Part shown: positions 22,122 through 37,100 of the stretch, one piece after another
How positions within the stretch are numbered: position 1 is the first letter of the stretch
How the letters are laid out: each line of letters opens with the position of its first letter
Origin: Fimbriosthenelais zetlandica
Taxonomy: Eukaryota
Reading direction: 5' to 3'
DNA length: 64,000 bases
NCBI GenBank assembly: GCA_977030845.1
Contig: OZ365111.1
Span: 10,726,001 to 10,790,000 of the forward strand
Translations under genes and position numbers: made by a program
Notes under the pieces: generated by a model
The model's input: only the letters and a program-made list of their open reading frames with translations
What the model was told of the DNA's origin: nothing
Database searches by the model: none

Positions 22122-25100
22122 TCAAGGACACTCCTTAGACAGTTGAGGTGTAGTGGTTTTACCTAGGCTTTTATTACTATTTCTTCGTTTTAAGGACAAA
22201 CGTCTGAAAGGGGATCCTTTTTTGAGAGGGGTGCCAGGGCCTGGTGAACCCGGTAAATCGGAGCGGATTCCCTCGCCAGAAGTGCCCTCCCCAAGATTAT
22301 CCACTTCCGGTGGGGGAGGGGGTTCATACTGGCGACAGACCACCACTGGGCAGCTGCAGTTATGGAGAACGTGATCGCTGACTGATCCTTTAAGTGTACG
22401 CTTGATGCCTCGTAAGCCCCGGGAACCGATTACGATGAGACCAGCTTTTTCTTCCTTGCACACACGGCAAACAACCTCCCCCGGTTTTCCTTCCTCCGTC
22501 CGGATCTTCCCCGTAAGCTGGAAGGGCAAAACACAATTTAAAATGAGATGAAGGAAAGGTGAAATATTAACATCGGCAAAGTAGGGGGAAAGAACAGAAT
22601 GTTTTATTTCCACAAAATCGATGTCAAGGAACCGTATCAAGGAAAATATTTCCACGGATATATATGATAATTGTGACCCAAAGTCCTAATGGAGGGTAGT
22701 GCTTGACAGCCTCATGCAATAGAGCCTGATTAGGTGGGATAGATGAGACTAGATATTAGATTATTTTTGGAATAATAGCACATATAAACTGGGATTATGG
22801 TCTGGTGCTTGTCAGAGATACATTTCTCTTTGATGGATGTAGGAGCCTAATCTGATTATTGCAGTAGGTTGATGCAGGAGGGGCATATAGGACAGGCATA
22901 TACAGAGACTAAGTTCAAATTTCCTCTTGTAACCTTCAAGTTACTTCGTGTTTTTAGTTTTTTGCATAAGAAAGACTAATTCACTCGTAGACATTTATGA
23001 ATATTTTAAGAAGCTAATGTTATATGGTTCATTATTATGCCTGGCCCGGAAATACTGCTAACCGTATACATGCAACCAAGAAAACGCAGCACAACTATAG
23101 GCAGTTTTCAGCAGTGCGGAAAAAGTGCATTGATCGATCAGTGGGGATCAGTTAAAGGCACCTTCACATACTGAACAAGGAGATTCTGAGACATCAGAAT
23201 GTTGCTTGTTTACAGCCAGAGGGTAACTAATTAAGCTCACTTAATCAGGTTAAGTAAAGGCCCTCTGGCTTTCCTCTCCACTGATTATAACCCCACCAGG
23301 CCTTTACAAGCTTTATGAGGGGAAAACCAACAAATCAGCCTCTAGCTGTTATACTCATCTAATGGATGGAAGGGGGTTCATTTCACTCAGGCATACTCTT
23401 CATTACTGATTAGGGTGGAGCAGTTTTTATGTCATTTCATTAGAAACGGATACATCTATAAAACTGAAACTGTCATACTAGCAGCATGAGATGCTTCAAG
23501 GAGGAGATCTGAACATTTCAGAAGGAGACCTATAGAGTTCAGGTTCCCTTATACCTGGCATTTCCTCTGTGACCTTGCTAAGTAATCAATTACAACCTCT
23601 CCTTGTCTCTGCTTCTTCCTTTACCTGAACGTTAAATGAAGCCTACTAAAGTATACTGTTGTATACCGTGCTTTGTCGAAGTATAGGATTATGAAGATTT
23701 GTCTTACAGAAAGGATATTAAAATTCGGTATGATATAAAGTCACTTGAACATTAATACAAGTGACAAGACCCAAGAGAAAATCAAGAAATTCTCAATGCA
23801 TTCTTCAAGATATCTACACATTAATTATTCACGATGATTTATTATACAGGGCAAGTGTAGCAACAAAAACATTGTGCGTCCACGAATTGAAGCATATAGA
23901 TATAATAACCCTTTAGTACACATAGGCAATGCTAATCCCCATATAGACCTAATGGATTGTGAAATAATTGTCCCTTGTGCATTTTAGTTTTATCCGTCTC
24001 ATAATCCCTCTTGGATCTAAAATGCTGTCTTGAATGAATAAATAAACCATCAACAACGGCCTCCATGTGCATACTTCTCTATAAGAACGACTCTGGCAAT
24101 GGAGATTGGAGTAGGGGAACCATCAATGCAAGAAGAGCTGATTGGAATTATCTAATGTATTAGGCAAAGTTTCGTGCCCGAGTAACAGCTGGGTACCTCA
24201 GAAGGGACTAAAATTACAATAGTAGATAGCATCTTAAACAATGGTCTACACCATGTCATCTTTTCAAACCCAGACCATTGATGGCAGTATTATGCAAGAT
24301 TCTGAATTGTTGACCTGCATTGAGATGACATTTTTCTGCAAATTCACTGTTAGAACTCTTGACAATGCCTTAAAATGATCTTATAAAACAATCGGATCAG
24401 CATTATGAACAGCCCTTTACCTCTCTGAAAAGTTCAATAAAAGTCCCTAATTTCTCTTGACACCTGAACTGGAGGTATTCTGGGTAATTTTGTAGAATTC
24501 AATCATTTGATTTTATCCAATTTAATGCATCTTGAGAAGAGTGTCATTCAAAACAGAATTACCCACCGGGGAAGTGAATATATCAGTGTCAAACTGATGT
24601 CAAGAACTCAAATTATCGGCGCAACAGTAGCTCTCAGTAGCAACTATCACACTTTTGGACCCTTTTTAGTGCCTCGATCAACAAGTTAATACTGCCTCAC
24701 GCATTCTCTCGGACTCAGGGCCATCCATTATTAAGTGGTAATTATCCAGATGCATATTATTGTTATATATACCTCAAACCATAATCTCAGACAGGCAAGG
24801 ATAACCACATTTTTGTAAAAAGGCAATAGCTATGTCCAACTTGTCCAACACATTTATATACTGTATTATATCGACCCTTGTGGTGAAATGAAATGATATC
24901 AGTAGCCTTCTATAGTTTAGCTGTCATTTGGCTATCACCTGGTTATATAGGCATGCGCGGTGCTACTTCTAGATTGAAGGGCTGGAAGCGATAATTTGTA
25001 GTTGGAGGAGGTGGTCCTGTGTTCCTAATGTTCCCAATCTCGCTCTCATCAGGGAAGGGTATCGGAAAGGCATCCAGCAGCCTAGTGTGCTGGGTTTACA

Positions 25101-28100
25101 CTGTTTAGTTAAATTGGATGCTTAGACAGCTTTGAGCCAGGATTGGTGAGGTTTTTCGCTTGGCTTAGAGCCTACGTTCCGTACCAAATCCATACGAATT
25201 TCATGCAGGAAACGTCTCATGATGCATGGATCAATGGAAAGAAATTTCCATGCACAATTATCAACTCATGGACCAGATCAATTATACAATGTACTACATT
25301 CATTCCTAGGCAATCAAACATTAATGGGAGTAACTCCCATTCAAGAAAGGAAAAAGCCATTTGATGCTTTTATAAGACAGCGCAATGAAACATCAACGTC
25401 GGCCACGACCTTTTCCACAGACAGTTATGGCTCCAATTGAGCCCATTCGAAACTCAGTACAACGTGCCTGAGCAATTTGAAGCTAGGGCCTGACACTTGC
25501 TGTCGTATCCTGTCACCGACCAACTGTAAATTGTTGGTAATACGAGCCTGATATCTACCTATTCCGCTGAACACTGAGCTACTGATATGGGTAAAACTTC
25601 ATGTCTAACATGTCTAGCAATAGACCTGCAAGCATGGAAATACCCCTTAAAACCATTCCTGGTATATAAGAATACAGAATGAACACATACTGCTGAATAT
25701 TAGAATGTATCGATCTTGTCTTAATACAAACATGAATAAGAAAAATAGACTGAGGCAGTGATAGGGCCATCGTCCCTATAGCAGAAACAGCCAGAGAAAC
25801 ACATGGGGATCAATATAATAATTATGTCCCTCTCACTCATCATGTCAGTTTAGTATTATAGCTGGGTTAGAAGACCTGATGTCAGAGATCAGACGGATCT
25901 TGCTGCTGTTAGGTTCCAAGCAATCCAAAGCAAGTGCTAGAAGGGCACAGACGAATCTGTGAAACTAGAGATACCAGTTCTAACCAGATTCTGCCATGAC
26001 CCTGTCTGTTCCTCTGCTGCATGTGTTTAATCTCAGAGAGTTGTCAATGAAAGAAGGATGAATTTTTTGTTTCGTGTCTCAAGGAGAAAAAAGCCCTATT
26101 GCTGTAAAGTGTCCAGAGTGGCAGAGCCATAATTCCATTAGGTATGGGTCCTCCCGATCAGGCTGCTCCTCCACACTGCTTATTATCTAAGCTCCAGTGC
26201 TTTCAGAGCTTCTATCACTCCCAAGCCGGGAATATCTCTGACTGCTCATGCCCAGCACCAGGAATTGTCATCGAAGGATGAGCTGTAAGCAGCAAAAGGA
26301 TATATGATAACTGCGTTCATGATTCCAAACCCAATGCATGATTCAAGTGCGAACAGAAATTCGGCCATTTAAATGAATGACAATTCTCTCTAGGTTTCTC
26401 CAATCATTTGGGTTTCTATTAGGCTTAGAATTGGAGTAGGGCCTAAGACCTGCATCGTGCAACATAATGGCATCTTACAAGACTTCCCTGTATATCTTTA
26501 AGTACCAATTAACCAGAGCACTTCATCAGTGGTCAAAGTGGTGCAATGCCAGGACACTGCCTGGTGAAGGACCTGGTCAGAGCGTTGTTGCTCAAGAAGA
26601 GGTATTTGCGGGCAGATAAGAGGATGCTATCTCCCAAGTGCACTTGGGAGATAGCCACGCTGGACGCTTCACCACAGGTCAAGAGCTCTTGATTAGTGGT
26701 TGTTCCACACTCACTTAGATAGGCAATGGTTCTGAATACAGGAGGGAAATGCATAGTGATGCAAAATATCAGCATTACAAAACAGACACAGTTGAGCTTG
26801 CTCGAATGATATGGGAAATTTATTTCTCACACCTTTAGAAAAATATCTAAAGGTCTTTAATAAGGAGTAAAAGCTCATAAGTATGAAGGATCTAAAGGGT
26901 TTTATGGGATATTATTGATCCTCAAAGACCTGGGCATGACTTATCAAAGCTGGGGTCTGATGGAAGTTGCTGCCTTCATTTTTCTGGCTTCAGAAAATGT
27001 CACAAAAGGGTAGAAATCTCTCAATGCCCCTCTGACCCTTTCTTGAAGCTGATGAAACGTAGTGAGAAGTGGAGAAGAAAGGGAAGCCAGTGGTTGTTTA
27101 TGTCTGGCTCCCTTTGCCAGTGGACCTTTAAATCATCTCAACCCAGGCTGAAGAAAACAAATCTTTCAATAGTACAACAACTATTGAAAGGCCTGGCTGG
27201 TCAGAGAAGGCATTCATTCAGCAGGTTGGGCAGGCGGTCATGGGCAAGTTCATTATCGATCACCTAAAGGGCTGCTTGGTCTTCACCAGAGCTAAATATG
27301 TTAACTTAACTTTAAATCAAGAGAAGGCTTCAAAAGGCATAAGAAGCATTTAACGGTGGAATGTCAACATTGCATGGTTTCTGCATAGGGACAGTGCCCA
27401 ATATACTGTAGTATGGACCTTAGTACGACAGGACTGCAGTGACTCATTTCTGCTTCCAATTTTGGTTTTCATTCACAAGATACCTGCCCAGATTTACAAG
27501 GAAAAGGAAGGAAGTGGTCCACCTTGGCCTCATTTACTACGTGAGGAAGGACAAGAAGAAGGCTGGATTGGAAAAAATTCTGCTTGTATACAATCAGGCC
27601 ACATTGGTATACGTGCGTGAGCTGCATACCTGGATATCGCACAGTCAGTGCGAAGCAAAGCAGTTTCAAATTTTACTATTTGACTCATTTCTTTCATTCT
27701 CGCTGTCTTATTCCTATAAGATATTTCTTTTCATTGTTTTGCTGTAGGCTAATACTGATAGCAATATCTCAGACAAAATATGGCTACATCCAATATAATA
27801 TTAGGCCTATGCTGCAGTTCCCAATTAATTTTGCAGATTGTTTTATCATTTAATGCCGCAGGCCAGGTTATTCCTCAAGTACGAGAATTTTTAGTGTCAG
27901 ATGTTGCCCATAAAGATTCCCCCTGATCCTCCTTCGTAGAGAGCATATCAAATAACCCGCCAGTCCTACATCGATAACTCTGTCTCAGACTCCCCTGCCA
28001 GCTCTCTGCCCTCTGATCCCTCTGAGGCAGAGGACGTGACAGGGAAAACTGCCAAGTTTATACCCAGAAAGAAGCGCAGTTTCATAAGGAAAAGTACCAA

Positions 28101-31100
28101 GATGTGCCTCCTAAAGCATCCCTGGTGCTCTCTTGGCCTCCTCTTCTATACTGATTCATACTTGGTCATGCTTTATATTAGCTCATCTCCATGCCTCTGT
28201 GAGTATTCACAAGGCATGACTCTATATACAAATGAATCTAGGACGTGGCCAGTCTCTTAGAAATGATTCATCCCCATGTATATTAATCATTTTAAGAGAA
28301 ATATAAATTGAGATTCTGCTGCGCAAACGCATCGTGAAATATGAATGCGAATTTTCCCGTCATGGCGATGTATTTAGGCATTTTTAAGCCCATTTTTTGT
28401 TTTAAAAACTTTTATTTATTCTACTCGATGAGGAATGATACATGTCCTGCATCTTGTTGGGAAACTTGTATTGCCTGAACATGATGCCTGCAATTCATAA
28501 AAGAGTGGAAATCGTTTACGTCAGCAGGGCGTGAATATGACTGGTAAGGTGGTGAGTGACATCAAAGGCAGCTTTGTATTCCTATGCCTGAGTCAAGGAC
28601 CCGTTTCAGACAGTTTTACCATGTTTTCTGTTATGAAACAGGCCCAGATTACTTCTAAAAGAAGATCACTGTATCTTCGTGTGACAGGTAAATATGGGGA
28701 AAGCTTGCTGTGCTCACCCTCTGCTACAAGCATGTGCATGGCAGGGAATGCCAAATCTAGCTACAGGTCAACAGACTGCAATAGTGTTTGCAAGTTTCTG
28801 TCATTATGAATGCTATTCAGATAGAAACACAACACCGAACCAGTTTAAAAGCACGCATAAATATATAGTTTTTGTAAACAGAATTCAATACAAGTTTCTT
28901 GACAATTTCGAAGTTCATCAGATTTCAAACTTTGAATTGGAATTGGAAATATTAGAACCACACAAATTTAAACCACACTACACAACTGCATTTTTTGCAG
29001 AGCCATTTGAAAGCTTATCCGAGGACGGATTTTTGTGGCGAGGCTTTCTTGAAAAAAGGCAATCGCTTCTTGTCACTAGGCAAATAAACAAGGAAATTGT
29101 TATTATTTCAATACTAATTGATTTTCTTCGATCATCTTTAGTTCATGCGTTGCCACGTCAAAATCCAATTTGTCAGATTTGCAGTAAATGCCACAAAGAG
29201 AACACCATGATCGAAGGATAAAATGGACACAAAGGACTCGCTGTGTATTTCACCTTCTTCTTGGTTGTTATCCAAAAGCTTTCTCCGTCCGATTTAATTT
29301 GGATTCTTCTCATTACTTGAGTATTTAAAGATAATCAAATATCTGATGAGACACAGATTGTGCATAGGTTCAATCAAAGAAAATAGTTTGCAATCGGATA
29401 ATGGATGGCCTTTCATCGCAGGACTTGAAAGTTTTGAGCAATAAAATCAATTAAGATATTGTCAATATAGACGGTTCATATTCAAAGTCGAGTGCAAAAT
29501 GATTCAGGATCAGATGAAAGCCCCCAGAGAATTAATGGTATAGGGGGTGGGGCAACTCCCTTATGCTGATGATCGATACAGTGCTCATGCATACATTGCT
29601 CTGTTGAGAGCCGACTCAGACTGAACAAGCCCAGAGGCCCCCACAGTCGTTAACAATATCTATAACGATGCGGACAAGGCAGGAATAAACCCCTGGGATG
29701 CAATAACAATGCTTTGATTGAATTATCTCGGCGGATCTTAAATTGATGGTAAAATCAGCAGAATATGCACCACATGGGAGCTAGGGGAAGAATTAAGTTA
29801 GTACAATCGAGTTACAATTCAGACAAATCAGGGAAGTGAACCCAAAGTAGATTGGGAATACAGGAGAGAATACATGGAAGTAAAGGGAGGAATTGGAGAC
29901 TCTAAAAACCGACCTATGGCAGAACTTGTTTGTCAGATCACATTAATTCATATTACGTAAGTGCCTTCTCGGGAAAAAGGTGTGAACGAGGTGAAAGATG
30001 GAGAGGGAGAAAGCAATTGCCTCAGGTTTGATATTCCAGCTGCCGGAGATTAAATCAGGGATATCTCATGTATATCAGCTCCAGCATCCCTCTACATCCC
30101 TGACCCCTGAGACGTATTAATACTGATCCCCTGACACTACTGAGGTTTGATTTATTTGCATATCTTTTTTTGTGGGAGAGGAAATCCCTAAGGTTCAGTA
30201 CAGGAGTTTTCACATAAACATGGGAGATATGTCTGGCTGTGATCTAATATAGCTATAGGCAATGCTCAGGGATGGCTTTGTTGCATTCAATATATCATTG
30301 ACATTTTGGATCTATATTACTCTAAAGGGTAAGTTATGTATGGAACTATTAAGGTGCGATCTCACTTGAATTAATCTTCAATAATCACCCCATTCAGCAG
30401 ATTAATGACATAATATTATGGTAGTATAATATTTCAAACCACCCATCCATTCATCCATTCATGGGTCCTCCATCTATCCAGATAATCCATTCAGCCAATC
30501 CATCAATCCATAGAAGCTTGGCCAAGCCCAAATGGTCTAGTCTTATACCCATAAGCCTGGGGGTCTTGTGCTGAATGCTAACACTATAAAGCTTGCCTAA
30601 TGTACCTGTTCTGAAATGCTTACCCTTTCAGGCACTACTTCCCAACACCTATCCATTTTACGGACTAATGAACAGTCTACTCACATCTCCAACAAACACT
30701 GAACAGGACTAAGTGATCCGATGTACCCAGCGTACAGAAAATGGTGTGAAAAATAGACCTTGAAACAGCAGAGTGGGTTAATGTGAAGCGAAAATGCACC
30801 TTCCTGTACATAAATTTGAATAGACCACAACAGAAAAGGTTGGCGCTAGATAATACAATAGTCATAATGCTAGGTCTCATGGGGTTCTGCCATGCATATA
30901 ACAAATGACTCTCCAGAAGCGGGAGGGAATACATAGCACGGGACCCTAATCAGATAACCTGATACCCTTTTACTGTTCCCTAGAGGACCCTGCCTCTGCC
31001 TCTGGACCTTTCAACAGGGACATTTCGGGCTGCACCCGCTTTATCCTGGGCCCTATTTCCTTATTCATACAGATATGGAATAAATCTTTGATCCATGTCA

Positions 31101-34100
31101 GAGGCGAAACATGATCCTCAGGACACCATGCCTCAGGACTGTCTTCATAGAGAACCCACTTCCCACCCCCATGTTTATAAAATGGACCTGTCTAATGCCA
31201 TAGGCTGATTAAAGCCTCGGTAAAGAAAGGACGGTGGACTTAAACCATGCAAGATTCAAATAACGGCACCAAGTGCCTTTTCGGATAAATGGTTCAACCT
31301 TATTTCAACCCTTACACAAAAGCCTGTAAAATCCCATGCTGAGGGTCCTCGCTCGCATCTCGAAAAAGCTGCGCCAATATTGCCCAATTTTAGGATCATG
31401 ATACCCACGAAATTTAACTTAAAAGGTTATTGAAATCCTCTAATGTATTATGCAGCAGAGTATTTGCACGAGATTGCCGAGGCAATTCAATTTCCTTGGT
31501 CATAATATCTGAGGCAGACGATACTCCGCAATTTCCTTCAATCATCGAGTTTTAGTGAGGGGAAATTCTGCACTGGTGGAAAATTTCCTCAATGATAACT
31601 CTAATTTTGCCATCATCCAGGAACACGGTTCTTGATTGGCTTAGAATCCCTTTATTTTATGGCGGAATTAGTCCACACATGACAGCTTCAGAATCAGGTT
31701 GTCCCATCCCAGCCAGCAAGCCTTGCTTCAGACTCATTTATGGCATGGTGCCTCTAAAATTCTCACACAAAATACATCATAGAGACTCAGATCTGAAATA
31801 TATCTCTCGTAGAAGAAGTATGCACATGTTACTACTTGCTACACGGTAGTTTGGTAACTAGTATAAACTGCATCATAATTATAATATTATAGTGGATTCG
31901 TCATTATAACAACTTTAAATTCACAATCTAAATATTTTAATTACTTTTACTGTCATTATGTCAATGTGGGATTCAATGATGGATCATTAGGACATTCCTA
32001 ATCATGAAACTGACAACTGATAATAACAACTGTCAACAAACTGAACCTCATTAGTTAAAAGCTGATTCCAACACAATTGAGGACAATGGGGTTCTTAATA
32101 CCTGACAACCAATTAATGTAAGTGGGGAATAATAGAAGAGAATCTGCTTATAGGAAGGATCCTTTCACTATTATAAATTTATTTCACAAACTCTCAGCCT
32201 TTGTCTAGTAATAACTTTTGAAGTTCCTATGAAATATTACCTTAATAAATCACAGGAAAATAATTCACAACAATGCTTAAAAATTACTATTCCAAGATGT
32301 GGCATCATTACTTTAAAGCCTACCAAAGCATGAATCGGGTAAACAAGTAATTTAAACGTTACTCATTTTCTTCATTAAAGAGGATTTGAATGGCAAAATG
32401 ATTGCAGACTAATTACACCAGTGGATCCAAGGAGATGAAGCTGGAGCAGTAGCCTCGAAGCTAGTCCGATAGGGTATTATTGTGATTCTACGCCTGCCAC
32501 TTTCAGCTTGACAAATGGTGGATATTGAAGCCACATTGGAGATGGAGTATAGCCTTCCACAGCAGTAAGTGGTTTAGGTTCAGAGTTAAATGGATGCACC
32601 AGAAAAGTTATTATTCCGGCGTGGTTCCCCAACCATTCTAACGGATTATTAAACGTAAAGTTCTCCGTTCACACTGACAATTGAAACTGAAGTTCATGTC
32701 AAATCACTATGAATATTATGGCATTCACTATTGTAGACTCTCATTTCATATTTTGCAGTATGGACTCTAAAATTAATAATATATGGATAGAATAGAAGGG
32801 TGTGTAATCAGAGCTTCCTTGCAGGCACGGTTAGTCCCGACTGTTTACCAGCTCTGCCATGGCTTCTTGACCTGTTCTCACATTTCTCTCAATCCCGGGT
32901 TGATTGCATGGAAGTTTATGTGCAAATGTATGGTTGTTTTTCTACTTACCCCTGCTTCGTTCAACTTCCACTGGTATTTCTCCTCCAAAGCCTTAATTTT
33001 CTTCCTTTGCTGGTGCCAGAGCTGAGTGAAAGAAGCTTCCGAGGTCACCTCGGCGTCTGAAACCAACAGGAAAATCAAATATATCTTTCAGTGCATGAGT
33101 CTTCATATATCTATCCATGAGCCTTTACGAGAATTTATTCAGCTACAATCCACCAAGTTTTAGGCAGATTAGAAGAAAAAGAGCATAGTGCAAAAGACAA
33201 TGTAATTCATGTTGTAAGACATCAGCACAAAATACTTAAGGAGAAAAAATCCAATCAAGGCAATCATGACGAGAAAAGCATTGAGGAGGAAGTGGGAGAT
33301 GCTTGGTGGCAAAAAGCAAAGCAGTCTTGATCCGCAGGCTCTTGGAGGCTGCAGATCTAAGGATTAGATAACAGGAAAATGAATGACTAAGCATCATCAT
33401 GGATGAAGGACTCGACCAATACCCCAAATATTTGATGAGAATTTCTTGTCATGATAAAAGAGTGAGCATTTTATGGCACTTGAGATATTCAATTAAGGGC
33501 ACAAATGTATCCTAAGATAAATGTTTGGATACTTTTTCCCACTAGTAACTTTTCCTGTGCCGGGAAAAGGCATAACGTGGTTCTATATCCTTAGGTTCCA
33601 CTCATAAAATCTCCCTTAAAGATCTCACCTCCACCTTCATGATTCAGGATAGAAATAATATGTTCAAGGATAGTTAAAGGTCTTGAAAATATTAATTAAT
33701 ATTTGGTCCATAACGCTTATCCCTGATGTCATCTGTATAGTGTTATCTAGCTTAGAAGTGTTAAATAAATATGGCAGATAAATACATTAATACCCAAGAT
33801 GACAATCCTCCATTAAGGAAAAGGGTTGACAGCTATTATGTGTACCAGATGGCTGTCCATCATTTGAAGCAATGAAAAAGGTGTAACTGTCAACATGATG
33901 TGTTATTGGTCTACTCACATGCCAGTAATGTTTTCCTTTCAACAAAAGCAGCCTCATTTATTGCCATATGGTGTGAGACAGGTAAATGAAGTTGTCAGTT
34001 GCCATTTTTGCCAGAAAAAGGGAAGACATAGCCCCTCTGCACATGCCAATTTCCCCCCAAAAGTCTTAATGATTGTCTTAGAAAAAGCCAGCCATTAACG

Positions 34101-37100
34101 AATACCGTTTGCCGGGGATAAGTTACATATTGCAGAATTATTGGAAAGAGGGTCCAGGTTTCCTGCCCTTGGAAGGTAACAGAAGAAAGCAGGAAGTAAC
34201 TGGATACTGCAAGCAATAAAGACAGACCTGATGACTGATGTAAGAAGTGATGATTCTTTTCCTGTTATTTTTCATCGTGACGAGAAGGCTTTTTACAGCC
34301 AATTTAGCATAATTTCCCGCATATAATCTTCTTGTAAAAGATCTGAGTCATGCATTTATTGTCCCAGTCACCCATTCCTTTCCTGGTGCTATTTGCTTTG
34401 CTGACTCCCACAGAGGCCTATTACCACTGGCATTGCATACCCTCCATCACAATCTTCTGAAAGGGAGATTCAAAATGGACAAAGGCCATTCTATCCTTCC
34501 TGCCCTCACCGCTTCAAGACTTGTGGTTCTATTTGATCTAAGCAGGGGTAGAGCCTATATACTCAGACCCCTGGCAGATTGAGCTTGGCTGTGCCAGGCT
34601 GGGGATCTAATTCATCCAACAAGGAACCGACCTCTGTCTGTTTGCAGCCGCAAATTGCTTCTCTTGCTGCAACTACTTCCGCCAGATGATAATGAAATAG
34701 TTAGCCATTATCACTCATCTTACTATTTCCCACAATAGGACGAAAACGAGCCAGGGTTCTATGTTATAGTATAGCTTTATCCCCTCTAAAATATTCTATC
34801 TAGATCCGATCTGGAATAGGTGAATTTCTGATTAAGATCAAGAGAATGCATTGCTATGTGGGGCCTGACTGGCTCAGCTGGGCTAAGTTCGTTCCATCAA
34901 TTTCAAAATATACTAGGCCTAATCAACTCTCAGCAAGTGTTAATACTTAAAATTCAGACCCAGATAAACTTGATAGTAAAAGGAAAGATCAAATCAATGG
35001 CCTGGTCATTCCATGAAGGTTTCGATCAATAGGCTATATCATCTCAGAACCTCTATAGGGTATTCTAGCAAGGTCATGCAAGAAGCAGGCTTTACTCTGT
35101 TGTGGCTGTTGACAAGGTGATTTGTGGATCTAATGTGAGCCTAGAAGCACCTCAATATCCTTCCATGCCATTTCCTTCAATGACTATTGAAGTATCACTT
35201 CATGTAGCCTACATAGATTGTCCACAGCAATAGGGTTTATCAGACGATTTATGTCTGCCAAATAAATAATTATATTACCTTCATTCCATCTTCCATGACA
35301 GAGAATGTAATTTATAAGCCGTATTTTGTTGATATTGAGATATTGACCTATTTGTTGTATCAAATTTGGTGGATTACATGATCCAGGCAGTTTCTGAAGA
35401 CTCAGGTGCGATGTAGCACAGGTTAAGCACATTAACCCAAAGCACTTTGTGGTAAACCAACATGAAGTGAGCTAATTTCCTGGTCACAGGCCTCTACAGG
35501 CAAAAATCAATACATAAACTCCAGCCACATAGCCAGCCCTTCGCCTCCAGCCTGCCAGTCAGTCCCCCTACATGAAGGATAATAAGGGACATGACATGTA
35601 ATACTTAAACCCAGTCAGATGGTACTGCCCTTTGCCACCAATTAAGGTCATCAGTAGAAACGGCCATCTTGGGGCCATAAGGTGCTTGTTGCTTCTAAAA
35701 TGGCCAATTCATTCTTGTTGTGTATAGATTCAGATATCGATAGAGGCCTTTGGCTGGCATGACATGTGGCAGTATTAGCGCAGATTTATTGGTTTTTTGA
35801 TGTCTTTCTCATGGCTCTCTTAGTTTTTTGCCCCCATCCAGCAGCTTTAAATGATCCCGCTGAAGATGGATAAAATGTATTTTGTATGTTATTAGACGTA
35901 GGTATGTAGATATATTATATGGCTGCACAGATGCAGCTTATCTCAGAATAGTCTATGCATGGAGTGGAGGACATATGGAGGTTTTGCATGTCTTGTCTCC
36001 TACACATTTTCGTGCTTCTAAACCATATTCATAGAAAGGACTCCCACAAAAAATAGAGATGGCCGGGCGGGGATACTGCAATATATATCATTTACATTCA
36101 ATTGCCTTTGTCCACCTTAGCTTTGAATCAGCAATCTCAGCAAAGCTATTGTGGACGAAACTGATGCACGACAATTTCGCCAGGAATAAAGAGACATTTT
36201 CTTTTCTTATTTGTTCGTGCTGGTGCGCTTTATGAGATATTTTTTCATGGAATTTCGAGATAGAGATTTCCACCTCAAGCGAGGCTATCATAGAGTTTGT
36301 CAAGGTAAAAATCAATGAATATGTGAAACCATAAAGGCCTCATAATGGACTATTTATGCTCTATAGAGAGCGCTGCAAGGTCCTAGAGCAAGGTTTGGCT
36401 ATTACAGACTGCCTTACTTCACCCATCTCAGAGGAGACGAAAGTCTGCACTTGAGGAAGAAGATGGTGGTGAGAATGTGGAATAGTGTGTTGAGACTTGA
36501 CAGCTTGACATGGGGCCACACATGGTAAGGGCCCTCTGCCGTCAGGGACTGACATAAACAGACAGAGAACTGACCCACAAAGTATACTGCACACATCTCA
36601 ATTCATGTGGCATGTTATTGGTGATTAATATGAAAAGTCCTATGATCCAGATACCAAAAATTGACTGTCATGAACTATCCATTTCAATGTTGGTTTTAAA
36701 TAATATAAAAATCATTTTTATAGCACCCCATTGATCCATCAGACTAAATATTTCATGTCAGTCCACAGTTACAATGAATATTTTTATTTTCACCAAAGTG
36801 ATGGAACCTTGTTGAAGGTCAACTACGAATTGTAAATGCTACTGATTATGAATATTTGTGTTATAGATCTATACTTACCTACACCTTGAACCGAACTAAG
36901 GTCTACACAGTGCAGAATGCAAATTCTGTTTCCGGCTCGATGCAAATGGTCCATATACCCTGAAAATGGAAAAGAAATCGTTTATCATAGATTTCTTTTA
37001 ATTTGAAATAACACATTGATAATATTTTACTCTCTTCATAATATTTTCTGAAGATTCCTTCTTGGCTTACACTGTTAACTGCTAAGTAGGAATGACGGGG

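Noticed and set aside
27370-27490. LHGFCIG...RYL resembling a tyrosine recombinase H-x-x-R box
   Set aside because: Catalytic Arg absent, two stops, and wrong spacing to the upstream motifs.
36361-36596. Minus-strand ORFs as candidate USP exons
   Set aside because: No USP similarity; the 36959-36879 exon already joins 33056 in phase.
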